DNA from: Nemertoderma westbladi
Lineage: Eukaryota; Animalia; Xenacoelomorpha
Length of the DNA: 39,195 bases
Direction of reading: 5' to 3'
Assembly (NCBI GenBank): GCA_032718475.1
Contig: JAUCBJ010005460.1
Coordinates: 1 to 39,195, forward strand
In this document: positions 1 to 12,172 of the stretch, one piece after another
Numbering within the stretch: position 1 is the stretch's first letter
Layout of the letters: each line of letters opens with the position of its first letter
The notes under the pieces: model-generated
What the model saw: only the letters and a program-made list of their open reading frames with translations
Database searches by the model: none
Told to the model about the DNA's origin: nothing
Translations under genes and position numbers: made by a program

Positions 1-209
1 ATAATCAGCAACAGTTTAGGCCTAATTCTGAAATATCAATGTTTTCACATTTTTTTTTATAATTTCAAGAAAATGCTAGCTAGGAAAAACACACTAGCTA
101 CACCTTAATAAATAATATATAATAATGTTCTCGAACACTACCAATAACGAAAATAATAAAAATACAGTATTTTTAAAATTTAAAAAATTCTAGCTAGTAA
201 AAAAACTAC

Positions 210-1990
210 TAGAGTTGAAACAGAGACCTGTTTTTCTTAATCCCGGTAAACCAGAGACCTACCCGGAGAAGAATTATTATGGAAAATACCGGAGACCAGA
301 GCCGGAGATCAGAGACTTAGCTTATTTTTGTACTTACAATTTGATTAGACCCATTACAAACAGGTACATACGGCCTTAGAACTATTTTTATATGGTTCAA
401 TTACAGTAAAGTAAATTAAATCCAACCCATTTCAACCCTTATATACCCATTGTAAGTAAATAAGTGCACGTACAGTTTGGGGGTCTTAATTAATATTAAT
501 TTGGTTATTTGTTTATTAATTCGTTCTTATTTTGTTATTGTTAATAATATGTTACATTAATTTGTTTTGCGCCATAGGTACCGGTACTTCGTTAATTAAA
601 GGCACTTATTTTACAATTGTTTATATCATTTACATTTCAATATACTATAAACTAGGGATGTGCCGGATATCCGGCCGGATTTTGAGAAAAAAATCCGGCT
701 CCGGCCGGATTTCAATTTTTTGGCCGGATTTCCATTTCAATGAATTGTTAACAAAATTTACAATTTTGCAATTTACAACAATATAACTTTTCTAGAAAAA
801 AACAATACAATACAATACAATACAATTGTTTTTTTGATAGTTTGTATCATCTTCATTATTCATATGATGAATTATGATAAAGGGCAATCTAGTCGACTAC
901 AATCGATATGCTGAGCTGACTGACTACTTTTTACCACGAATATTTGTATTTGGTTGGGCTCAGCCTCAATAACACTTAATATATATATAATAAATAGTAC
1001 ATGTATACCCATATACTAATTATAACTAGTCAATAATTATTATATTGTCCCAGAGCGCAAGCGTTGATGTTTGGTCTAGGTAGGTTTGATATAAATTGAT
1101 ATTAAGCCGAATGACCAGTTTATATATACGAGAATTCGACAGGCAATTTGGAAACTCTAGTAAATCCAATTTAACTCAGAGAGTATAAAAAATACTACAG
1201 AGATTATTACTTCGTTCTATTTTCAATTTGCACTTTATTTCATTTCATTTTCATATTTTACATTTAACAACATCAAATCAACCCAATAAATCAAATCGGT
1301 GTAGGTTATGGTGAAAATGCTTATGGAGATTGGTGATATATAAAAAAATCCGGCTTTGGCCGGAATTCCGGGCGGATTTTTTTGTACAAATCCGGCTCCG
1401 GTTCCGGCCTAGCCGGTTTGAAAAGGCCAATCCGGCACATCCCTACTATAAACTTAGTAATTTACGAATACTTAGTGCACAGGTATAGTGCTCTACTCTC
1501 CCCATTTACAAGCCTCGTTACCGTTACGCTCGTTCTCTTCATTTGGTCGTCATATTATCTATCCGATAACAAATTGAATGGAGATCAGCCCTTTCTTTCA
1601 CTTTTAAACATTATGAGTGCTCAAATTAAGCGCCCTTATCCTTAAATAAGAACGACCTTTAGGTGCTAATTTAACTTAAAATTAAACGCACCTTAAATTA
1701 ATTAAATAGAAGATTATCGGTACATTTATTATAAAAAGAAATTGTGTAAAAGTGAATATATAATTGTGTTGAAGTGGTGTATGTAAAATAGTTAAAAATT
1801 AAAGAAATAATTAATTGTAAAAAATTTGTGACAAATAATCATCATTTCACATTTTTTGTTGTACAGGATCTATTTTTAAATATCTATTTCTAATTTGTCA
1901 AATCACTGATCTCTCGCTAAAATGTCCGTTTTCAATACCCGGGAACCAGAGACCTATAGAGATCAGTGACAAGTCTCTATTTCAACTCTA
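210..1990. mobile_element. Non-autonomous TIR element (hAT-like ends) containing a nested MITE
   Basis: 18-bp TIR TAGAGTTGAAACAGAGAC (210-227) pairs with GTCTCTATTTCAACTCTA (1973-1990) with one mismatch. Subterminal CCAGAGAC/CCGG motifs. No clean TSD. Confidence 0.75.
653..1445. mobile_element. hAT-type MITE
   Basis: Perfect 16-bp TIR TAGGGATGTGCCGGAT / ATCCGGCACATCCCTA. Perfect 8-bp TSD CTATAAAC (645-652, 1446-1453). CCGGA-rich subterminal repeats. Confidence 0.92.
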
Positions 1991-2071
1991 CTAGCTACCA
2001 TAAAAAAATATATCTACTAATGTTCTAGAACATTCACCAATATCAAAAAAAGCACTAAAAATTTGCTATCA

Positions 2072-2310
2072 GGAACCGGACAATTCGGTCTCGGACAATT
2101 CGGTACGGACAATTCGGTCCTGGAAAATTCGCTCCCGGACAATTCGGCCCTAGGACAATTCGGTCCTAGGACAATTCGGTCCTAGGACAATTTGGTCCCC
2201 GACAATTCGGTCCCATTTATTTAGTGTTTTGGGACCGAATTCTCCGGGACCGAATTGTCCGGACCGAATTGTCCGGACCGAATTGTCCGCGACCGAATTA
2301 TCCTACATCC
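2072..2310. mobile_element. Small foldback MITE made of ~14-16-bp GGACAATTCGGTCC units
   Basis: About 9 direct units followed by about 5 inverted units (GGACCGAATTGTCC). No TSD identified. Confidence 0.7.
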
Positions 2311-2352
2311 TTCCATATTATTATCATAATATGATTAATAGTATTATTGGTA

Positions 2353-3030
2353 AGGGAAAGCCCTAAATGGGCTTTCCAGGATTTGGAAGTCACACAGAAT
2401 TCATCGGAAACTTAAGGTCCGATTATTTATAGCAGCAGTAGTTCCAGTACTCCTCTATATGGGAGTCCATGCTGGGCTCTAACTGCTGAGGATACCAAAT
2501 CTCTGGATAACTTTATGTTGGGCACAGCTTTTGCAAAGACGGCAATGACGTCCAGGTGGGATCGAACTGGTGACCTCTAACCATTCAACTAGCGGCTCAG
2601 GTAAAAGATAGACCTGGAAATAATATCTGATACCTTGTATGTCCGCATTTTACCTCCTCATGGCCTCCCATCTGTCATACCATCATCTGCTGCCACTGTG
2701 CACAACCCTACAGTACTTGGCCGTCTCTGGATAGCACATTCACAACAATGCTACGCCGGGTTCATTGTGTCAAGTACAATGCACACATCTCCAACCAGAC
2801 AATATATAACATTGGAGGTGTCTCATTGGTTCCCCCAAGCTTGACACTTTAACGGAACCGCCTCCGCTTTGCAGGACATTGCTTTCGCCGTGAGGACCAG
2901 CCAGTGCATAATCTTGTGCTTTGGCGGCCTCATGGAGTGAATAAGCATGGTGGACAGCCCATGATTTTCTTGAGACGCATCTTAAAGGACATTGTGCAGT
3001 TTTAATGCATCAGGCCGATTATAGTAGTAT
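2353..3030 (+). mobile_element. 5'-truncated, degenerate RTE-like non-LTR retrotransposon
   Basis: Alignable by eye to the reverse complement of 38530-39085. Short TAG-repeat tail. 11-bp TSD TATTATTGGTA (2342-2352, 3031-3041). Internal deletion near the 3' end. Confidence 0.88.
2510..2723 (-). mobile_element. 214-bp insertion with tRNA-like (SINE-like) A/B boxes inside the RTE copy
   Basis: Interrupts the RTE homology. 10-bp TSD TCTCTGGATA (2500-2509, 2724-2733). The minus strand has TAGTTGAATGGTTAG and AGTTCGATCCC. Confidence 0.7.
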
Positions 3031-3091
3031 TATTATTGGTAGTATAGATAATCTGGGTGGTTATTAATATTAGTGAACTATTTACACGCAG

Positions 3092-3469
3092 GTGTAGCCA
3101 GAAAGAAACGCGCCAGTACACAGACCGACTCCAACTGGTCCACCAACACCACCGAAAGTAAGTCTACAGATGACTCCCTAGCAACCAATCACACGCGAGT
3201 GTACCCAACCGAGCCGCCGGCAGCCCTGCCGCTACCCGGCAACGCCAGTCTCTCCGTTGTCTGCCGACTGCTCCGCTCCAAGGATCCCTTGGGACGGCTC
3301 CAGTTGCGTCTGGGGCCCCGTTCCACTCTCAACGCCGAGGTTCCACGGTGCCTCGTCGCAACCGCTCTGCACTCCTTTGCCGCCATCGGAGGTCTGGAGT
3401 TGCTCTCTACCAACCTCGTTCTTCCTTCCGGGAGGTCCTTCGCTAATTATGGATGGCCACCGGAATCAG
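3092..3469 (+). CDS. BIRC6: BIRC6/Bruce internal exon (first in window)
   Basis: Acceptor cacgcag|GT at 3091/3092 and donor CAG|gttcgt at 3470; phase 1 to phase 1. The peptide ALHSFAAIGGLELLSTNL resembles BIRC6 (LQVFAGMGGLALIAERL-like, from memory). Splices in frame to the next exon. Confidence 0.8.
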
Positions 3470-3908
3470 GTTCGTTAACGTTAATACATTTTATTACAAA
3501 TAATTCGCAGCTTTAAATTTATGATCAATAATTTGATCGAATTACATTTTACAAATTTATTTATTTTATTATATTATTTAGTGAATTGAATTTAGTTCCG
3601 AATTTGTATATTTTTTAATTTTTTTATTAGAAACTTGAACGGGATGTATTTTATGTTATATTATATTATATGTTTTTTTATACTGCACTGGTTATGTTAT
3701 TTTGATACACTTTATTTTATTGCAATATATATTGTAAGAATTAAGTTTATTTTACTGTTTAGCCTTAAATATTATTGTGAATGATTATAAAATATAATTA
3801 TTTCTATGTAACTCATATATTAGTACTTTATAATATATTGTTGTATAAATTTCTTTACTATTTATTTAAAGTTTATTTACTATTAGTTACCATTATTGTT
3901 TACTATAG

Positions 3909-4261
3909 TTACCACGCCAACAACTCAGATGTCAAGCAACGATGATTGGCTGTCGGTAGAGGAAGCCTTATCCATGGAGATGCCGGAACTCAGTGTCGTC
4001 GACAAAGCTGTGCTCAAGGCTGGACCCACTGCTGCTGGTGTCCAAGGAAACACGTATACCCCGGAGTTCTGCATACCTCCACACTCCCTACTTACCCTAT
4101 CCATGGCCCTGCGTCTGATTGGTTACGCAGAAACTCTGTTGCTACGCTACCGACACACCCAGTACTTATTGCGTCTTCTCCTAGGAATTACGGACGATGG
4201 TTTCGGGGTTCAGATTCTAAGTTCGCCTATCGCCCCTAGCTTGCCTCTATTACCATTTCAG
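3909..4261 (+). CDS. BIRC6: BIRC6 internal exon
   Basis: Acceptor tatag|TT, donor CAG|gtgagc. Encodes IPPHSLLTLSMALRLIGYAETLL...LLRLLLGITDDGFG..ILSSP..LPLLPFQ, a conserved BIRC6 block. Confidence 0.92.
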
Positions 4262-4575
4262 GTGAGCTCTGAATTACTTTCAGTATGAAGTCTCTATAGA
4301 ATTACGGCCGTACAATTAATTATTAATAGTTGAGTTATTATTGAAACTTAATAAATATTAAAGAATGTTCAATATTAGTTCTGGATAGATTAACAAATGG
4401 AAGAACCGCATCACCTGTTAGTTGGTGGTTCCTAACGGCCCTGGATCGATACCTAACCTTGTCCTTCCATATTTTTCCAATCGGCCTGCCACAACTGAAC
4501 AAAACAATTAATACTATTAGGATACTTAGTCACTTATATAGTCACAATTGCGAATAATTATTATATTTGATTTAG

Positions 4576-4774
4576 ATTCTCCAATGTCTGTATGAAACAT
4601 CGCCATTGACTACGGACGACGGCCAACTTGTGCGTCGACAGACCGTAGACTTCGGTATTATGGAGCTGCTATTGGCCAGTCTGTCCGCCCTGAGTCACCA
4701 CCCCCCAACCGACCCCCAACTCGCCGCTACTAATAAGTTCTCCGGTCTCTTCCAGCCAACTGTTACCAACAACG
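4576..4774 (+). CDS. BIRC6: BIRC6 internal exon
   Basis: Acceptor tttag|ATT, donor G|gtgagt. ILQCLYETSPLTTDDGQLVRRQTVDFGIMELLLASLSALSHH matches the BIRC6 TPLTTDDG..LRR...LSALSHH motif. Confidence 0.93.
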
Positions 4775-5574
4775 GTGAGTTTATATTTTAATTACTTAAT
4801 AATTAATTACTTTGGTAATTATTTATACGACAAAAAAAGTAGCACGAAACTTTTTTTCCTTTCTTACTGATAATGTAAGACATTATTACTCAACTCATTT
4901 GACACCAGAAATGTGAGTAATGTGACAAAATCGAAATAATATTAAAACATAATATATTTTAACACCTTTTAAAAATATAGGATAATAAACAAAACACTAT
5001 CTAGTAGCTATAGCACTATCTACCTAACTACAGATTATAAACAAGTGGCGTGCCATCCACCATGAACTGGCAACTTCCGCCGCACCCCACTAGCAGCCGA
5101 CTCATCCAACCCCGCCCTCAAACGGAAAGTCGACTTGGCGTTTATATCAAATATCTGGTTGTATTCCTCCGAGGTAGTTGATTATGTATGTAGTATTCCA
5201 GCTGATTTTACTAGAATGTCCGGCCTACCGAATCGGTCTACCACATCCGTTTCCGGCATTCATTGGCTGTGGCGTCCCGTCCAGGGCGTCGCTAACACGA
5301 CCGCCATTCGGGCTCCTAATTGGCTGAATAAGATAGCCGTGGCCGCGCCAATGCTGTCTCGTTGACCCCCCCCCCCCCCCCCCCCACCCCCCCTTATTGT
5401 GCCTGTATTCTGTCTTTACAGTAATAAAATTGATTGATAACTTTCCAAATCACTCAGCACGTAATTGTAATAGTATGAATGACAAAGTTCAGTCTGTAAA
5501 CGAAAGAAAACGCCATCAAATTATATTCCTACACATTATATTGCCGCACATATTCCTATTATTTTTTTTCACAG

Positions 5575-6012
5575 ACCCTCAAACTGAGACTGAAACACAA
5601 CGGAAACCCTGCAAGGAGACGACAACCAAACCCAACCTGTACTGGGCTCCCGGTACCGGGTTCGGCACCGGTTCCACCAGTACCGGCTGGGACATCAACA
5701 AGGCGATGGACCGCCAACGCACTCACGAGGATCACGTGACCGCGATCCTATCGCTTCTCGGCTCATACCTGGCCGCAACCGACCCCAGTAATGACGTCAT
5801 ACCCACGGAACCAACCCCCGAGGAGTCGTGGTTCCCCGCCGGGTTGCGGGAGCAGCTGATTGGCTCGTGTTTAACCGTTGCCATGGCGAGCTATCTGCGC
5901 AACGACTCCGTATTGGATATCGCGCGTCACATTCCCTTATATAGAGCTATACTTCGACTCTTACGCGCGCTATCATCTATTCCTTTCCTAGTCCACATCG
6001 TCATGGTAACTG
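5575..6012 (+). CDS. BIRC6: BIRC6 internal exon
   Basis: Polypyrimidine tract plus acag|AC, donor G|gtgagt. Contains the hallmark YWAPGTGFGTGSTSTGWD and YLRNDSVLDIARHIPLYRA. Confidence 0.95.
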
Positions 6013-6170
6013 GTGAGTTATTATAACTACTGAAATGAGTATGGTAGTCAGCTACTAAAATTTATACTGACCTGTTGTTTAAAAGATAATCCGGTATTCT
6101 CAGACTAGGGTGAGGGTTTCTAAAAATCCGACGAATTTATCCGACGTAGTTTTTGAATGGCCAGTCATTA

Positions 6171-6791
6171 TGTGACGGGAACCAACGGAGTTGGCAGTAT
6201 CGGATCCCGACCGGTGTGTGAATTATACGCGTCGCCGCGTCCGTGGGCTGCTGAGCTGCTAATGGATGTGTATATAGTAGGCCGAAGGCCGTTCAAAATA
6301 ACTGAGTTTGGTTGTCAGTGTTAATAATCACAGTAATCGATAATAGCATGCAATACAGCGGTTAGTGACGACGGTTAAAACTGTTCCGGTCTCACAACTG
6401 TAAGGAAATCAACTAAACTAATAATCAATAATCACAACGATTATATCATTGACACATATTAAATTACCTCTACGCTACTGAGTGGCCTGAATATCCAATA
6501 GATGCGCTCTAATCACCCCCAATGTGCTTTCCCGCCCACCATTGGCTTAACCTGATTAATTCTCACATCGCCACTCCCTGTTGGCATTATCCCTTGGTGC
6601 TAGCCTTACTAGTTGTTTGTCCCTCTGAGGTGGTTTGACCTCTCAACTCTCTCTGTGGCTTACGGCGTGCGTCGCCCCAGTTGGTTATGAGGTGAGATTA
6701 TTATTGGTAATCTTACCTCGCCAACTATAATTGGTAAAATGCCACTAATCCCATTTTCGGTAGGTAATGCAGCGAATTGGATCCGCTTACA
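6171..6791. mobile_element. Probable solo LTR (621 bp)
   Basis: TGT...ACA termini. 5-bp direct repeat CATTA at 6166-6170 and 6792-6796. GC content higher than the intron. TATA-like motif near 6271. Confidence 0.62.
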
Positions 6792-6890
6792 CATTATATG
6801 CTTACTATTCATTGCGAAATGCATAGCAATATATTTTTTACTAAGAGAAAAAAAAACTTTTTTTATAGTTAAGTTTTACTATTTATGTAG

Positions 6891-7051
6891 GAGGCAGTGG
6901 TTCCAAAGGTTCTTCTCTTGAGTGTCTGCTGGAGAAACTGAAAGTTTGCGTTGACTTGTATCAATTGCGCAACCAACCAACCAAACAGACGGGGGACGGG
7001 GTGCAAGAAGACCAGGACGAAGGCCTGAATGAACTTACTGTCGATATGCAG
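6891..7051 (+). CDS. BIRC6: BIRC6 internal exon (absent from ORF track)
   Basis: Acceptor tgtag|GA, donor CAG|gtaaat. Translates GSGSKGSSLECLLEKLKVCVDLYQLRNQPTKQTGDGVQEDQDEGLNELTVDMQ, similar to BIRC6 LLAKMKTCVDTY...EGLTLLVPDIQ. Phases 1 and 0 fit the neighbouring exons. Confidence 0.88.
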
Positions 7052-7619
7052 GTAAATAAAATAATTGCAATCAATCTTGTTTGTAATAGGTTCATTGTTG
7101 GTGGTGATTTCTGATAGAATATACTATAGAGACCACGCTGCCGTTGTTTGGCAATACACCCTATCCTAAAAAGACACATTTTGAGATATTAACCTAAACG
7201 CGTTTCCCCTAATTCAACATTGAAGACATTGTGAGAAATCGCTGATAATGGGTCCTAAGGGAACTTAACAGGCTAACTTAGATTTTTTTAATAGAATAGA
7301 TGGTGAGAGATGACGAAAAAGGGATTAAAGTGATGAAATAAAGTTATAGGGTGCTTTGCCATTCAATGTGAGCTGATTTGTTGGAGATACGGTGTTTAAC
7401 CAATGGTTCTGGTTTCATAGAAACTAGTATAAAACAGTGATTTTTTGTTCTGCCAGCATGTTTTGTAGAGCATTTTGTATCACGTATTATTAGTTTAGAG
7501 CTTGCTGGAGTTGGGGTGTATTGCCATGTCAACAAGAAGTCAAAATTATGAATGATGAGATGACTAAAATTAATTCCTTCCCAAATAAATACAAAAAGTA
7601 AATGTATTTATTTAACCAC

Positions 7620-10600
7620 CACCTCCAGTTCCAACCACATCTCCACCTTCCCCAGTCCCAACCACATCTCCACCATCCCCAGTTCCAACAACCACTCCAC
7701 CATCCCCAGTTCCAACCACATCTCCACCTTCCCCAGTTCCAGCAACCACTCCACCATCCCCAGTTCCAACCACATCTCCACCATCCCCAGTTCCAACAAC
7801 CACTCCACCTTCCCCAGTTCCAACAACCATTCCACCTTCCCCAGTTCCAGCAACCACTCCACCATCCCCAGTTCCAACCACATCTCCACCATCCCCAGTT
7901 CCAACAACCATTCCACCTTCCCCAGTTCCAGCAACCACTCCACCATCCCCAGTTCCAACCACATCTCCACCTTCCCCAGTTCCAACAACCACTCCACCTT
8001 CCCCAGTTCCAACAACCATTCCACCTTCCCCAGTTCCAGCAACCACTCCACCATCCCCAGTTCCAACCACATCTCCACCATCCCCAGTTCCAACAACCAT
8101 TCCACCTTCCCCAGTTCCAGCAACCACTCCACCATCCCCAGTTCCAACCACATCTCCACCTTCCCCCGTTCCAACAACCATTCCACCTTCCTCAGTTCCA
8201 ACAACCATTCCACCTTCCCCAGTTCCAACAACCATTCCACCTTCCCAAGTTCCAACACAACCATTCCACCATCCCCAGTTCCAACAACCATTCCACCTTC
8301 CCCAGTTCCAACCACATCTCCACCATCCCCAGTTCCAACAACAATTCCACCTCCCCCAGTTCCAGCAACCACTCCACCATCCCCAGTTCCAACCACATCT
8401 CCACCTTCCCCCGTTCCAACAACCATTCCACCTTCCTCAGTTCCAACAACCATTCCACCTTCCCCAGTTCCAGCAACCATTCCACCTTCCCCAGTTCCAA
8501 CAACCATTCCACCATCCCCAGTTCCAACAACCATTCCACCTTCCCCAGTTCCAGCAACCACTCCACCATCCCCAGTTCCAACCACATCTCCACCATCCCC
8601 AGTTCCTGCAACCATTCCACCTTCCTCAGTTCCAACAACCACTCCACCATCCCCAGTTCCAACCACATCTCCACCATCCCCAGTTCCTGCAACCACTCCA
8701 CCATCCCCAGTTCCAACCACATCTCCACCATCCCCAGTTCCAACAAACATTCCACCTTCCCCAGTTCCAGCAACCACTCCACCATCCCCAGTTCCAACCA
8801 CATCTCCACCTTCCCCAGTTCCAACAACCACTCCACCTTCCCCAGTTCCAACAACCATTCCACCTTCCCCAGTTCCAGCAACCACTCGACCATCCCCAGT
8901 TCCAACCACATCTCCACCATCCCCAGTTCCAACAACCATTCCACCTTCCCCAGTTCCAGCAACCACTCCACCATCCCCAGTTCCAACCACATTTCCACCT
9001 TCCCCCGTTCCAACAACCATTCCACCTTCCCCAGTTCCAACCACATCTCCACCATCCCCAGTTCCTGCAACCATTCCACCTTCCCCAGTTCCATCAACCA
9101 TTCCACCTTCCCCAGTTCCAGCAACCACTCCACCATCCCCAGTTCCAACCACATCTCCACCTTCCCCCGTTCCAACAACCATTCCACCTTCCCCAGTTCC
9201 AGCAACCACTCCACCATCCCCAGTTCCAACCACATCTCCACCTCCCCCCGTTCCAACAACCATTCCACCTTCCTCAGTTCCAACAACCATTCCACCTTCC
9301 CCAGTTCCAGCAACCATTCCACCTTCCCCAGTTCCAACAACCATTCCACCATCCCCAGTTCCAACAACCATTCCACCTTCCCCAGTTCCAGCAACCACTC
9401 CACCATCCCCAGTTCCAACCACATCTCCACCATCCCCAGTTCCTGCAACCATTCCACCTTCCTCAGTTCCAACAACCACTCCACCATCCCCAGTTCCAAC
9501 CACATCTCCACCATCCCCAGTTCCTGCAACCACTCCACCATCCCCAGTTCCAACCACATCTCCACCATCCTCAGTTCCAACAACCACTCCACCATCCCCA
9601 GTTCCAACAACCACTCCACCTTCCCCAGTTCCAACAACCATTCCACCATCCCCAGTTCCAACAACCATTCCATCTTCCCCAGTTCCAGCAACCACTCCAC
9701 CATCCCCAGTTCCAACCACATCTCCACCTTCCCCAGTTCCAACAACCACTCCACCTTCCCCAGTTCCAACAACCATTCCACCTTCCCCAGTTCCAGCAAC
9801 CACTCCACCATCCCCAGTTCCAACCACATCTCCACCATCCCCAGTTCCAACAACCATTCCACCTTCCCCAGTTCCAGCAACCACTCCACCATCCCCAGTT
9901 CCAACCACATCTCCACCTTCCCCCGTTCCAACAACCATTCCACCTTCCCCAGTTCCAACCACATCTCCACCATCCCCAGTTCCTGCAACCATTCCACCTT
10001 CCCCAGTTCCATCAACCATTCCACCTTCCCCAGTTCCAGCAACCACTCCACCATCCCCAGTTCCAACCACATCTCCACCTTCCCCCGTTCCAACAACCAT
10101 TCCACCTTCCCCAGTTCCAGCAACCACTCCACCATCCCCAGTTCCAACCACATCTCCACCTTCCCCCGTTCCAACAACCATTCCACCTTCCCCAGTTCCA
10201 ACAACCATTCCACCTTCCCCAGTTCCAGCAACCACTCCACCATCCCCAGTTCCAACCACATCTCCACCATCCCCAGTTCCAACAACCATTCCACCTTCCC
10301 CAGTTCCAGCAACCACTCCACCATCCCCAGTTCCAACCACATCTCCACCTTCCCCAGTTCCAACAACCACTCCACCTTCCCCAGTTCCAACAACCATTCA
10401 ACCTTCCCCAGTTCCAGCAACCACTCCACCATCCCCAGTTCCAACCACATCTCCACCATCCCCAGTTCCAACAACCATTCCACCTTCCCCAGTTCCAGCA
10501 ACCACTCCACCATCCCCAGTTCCAACCACATCTCCACCTTCCCCCGTTCCAACAACCATTCCACCTTCCTCAGTTCCAACAACCATTCCACCTTCCCCAG

Positions 10601-10912
10601 TTCCAACAACCATTCCACCTTCCCCAGTTCCAACAACCATTCCACCATCCCCAGTTCCAACAACCATTCCACCTTCCCCAGTTCCAACCACATCTCCACC
10701 ATCCCCAGTTCCAACAACAATTCCACCTCCCCCAGTTCCAGCAACCACTCCACCATCCCCAGTTCCAACCACATCTCCACCTTCCCCCGTTCCAACAACC
10801 ATTCCACCTTCCTCAGTTCCTACAACCATTCCACCTTCCCCAGTTCCAGCAACCATTCCACCTTCCCCAGTTCCAACAACCATTCCACCATCCCCAGTTC
10901 CAACAACCATTC
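7620..10912. repeat. 27-bp minisatellite, left block (~120 units)
   Basis: Unit CCACCTTCCCCAGTTCCAACAACCATT with recurrent variants; 9-aa periodicity in all frames. Confidence 0.97.
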
Positions 10913-12172
10913 TGTAAAAGCCTTTGCTGAATTGCCCCGTTATTTTTATTATCTTTTACATTAAAATACTCTGTAGTTGATTTAATAAGTGTAAGAGACC
11001 GTATTATTGCTGTATCGGTGTTTTTAGAGGATCTAAGACCTATTTCCTCCGTATGTGTACTGTGAAAGGCATATTTTATGATTCTATGGCAATTCGTGAC
11101 GCAAAGGGGTGATAGCTACTCTTGAACAGTAGTTACTATGACTACGGTTAACAGCTGACATTCATACGTGTTGATTTCCTTTGTTCTACGGCGTCTCTCA
11201 GTTCAGTCAGCCAATTAGAGCGTTTTGTGGCTCCTTGTACAGAAAATTTCCGAGAAATGACGCAATGCCTATGTGCAGTGTTTACATTCAGTCCTGAGCC
11301 TAAGAAAGAACGGCTTGGAAGTATTTTGTGCCTTACTGTTTTTAGTCTTACACTAGTAGGTTTAATTATAAAGGGCATATATCCTTTAACGGACATACCG
11401 ACCTACCTAACGACTACTGCGGACCGGCATACTGCTGACTGATCATACATGCTGACTGCTGAAACATTGCAAACTCATAACAATCAGTGTTTTCATTGTT
11501 GTTTTATACTGCTATTTACCGTCAGTTCTTCATAATATGGTTGATGAATAATTATATTTGGAATAACGATAAACAACCCCGAAACCCAATATTCTTGATA
11601 TACCGAAGGTAAGAGAGAAGGGTTACAGATAAACGATTGTGACTTATGTTAAAGTGGTTTGAAGTGAATCTAATGTTATTTGATAGACCCTACATGAGTC
11701 AGTCTGTGTTCCTTTTATATGTGACTAAAATCAGTGAAGATTGGCAGATTAGTGTGCAGTATTGTGCAGCATTGTGTATGAGTGAGTCTGTTAAAGAAGC
11801 AATTCCTAAAGAATGCGCCATATATGTGAATTATAATTAAGCCATATCGTTGTGAGTAGTTTAAGTCATAACTCTGTTTATATAGATAAAGCGCCACGTC
11901 CTAAAGGAACTGTTAATATTACCGAAGGTGAATAATATTGTCAGAGATTATATAATACTGTCAGTCGAATAATACATTAGGCTTACATAGCAATAAAATT
12001 AAACCGTCGAACCCAATCTCCCGGGAATCTCCAACGGGTGAATGGTCGCGCACGGATTGGTTTCGACTAGTGTAGTGAATCAAATACTTGTCATAGACTA
12101 AAAACTGATTTAATATCTAGAAGACATCTTAATTTGGTGGGTTAAACTGCCAAAGGTCTGAAAGCGCGAACA
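10913..12172 (+). mobile_element. Solo LTR (1260 bp) inserted in the 27-bp array
   Basis: TGT...ACA termini. Exact 5-bp TSD CATTC (10908-10912, 12173-12177). TATATAA (~11950), TCAGT (~11961) and AATAAA (~11992) occur in LTR-like order. Confidence 0.85.

Noticed and set aside
7602-10964. 1120-aa (+) ORF and overlapping 871-929-aa (-) ORFs
   Set aside because: The 27-bp unit lacks stops in most frames, so long ORFs arise automatically. Only the minus-strand VVGTGEGG frame has any support, and it is disrupted.
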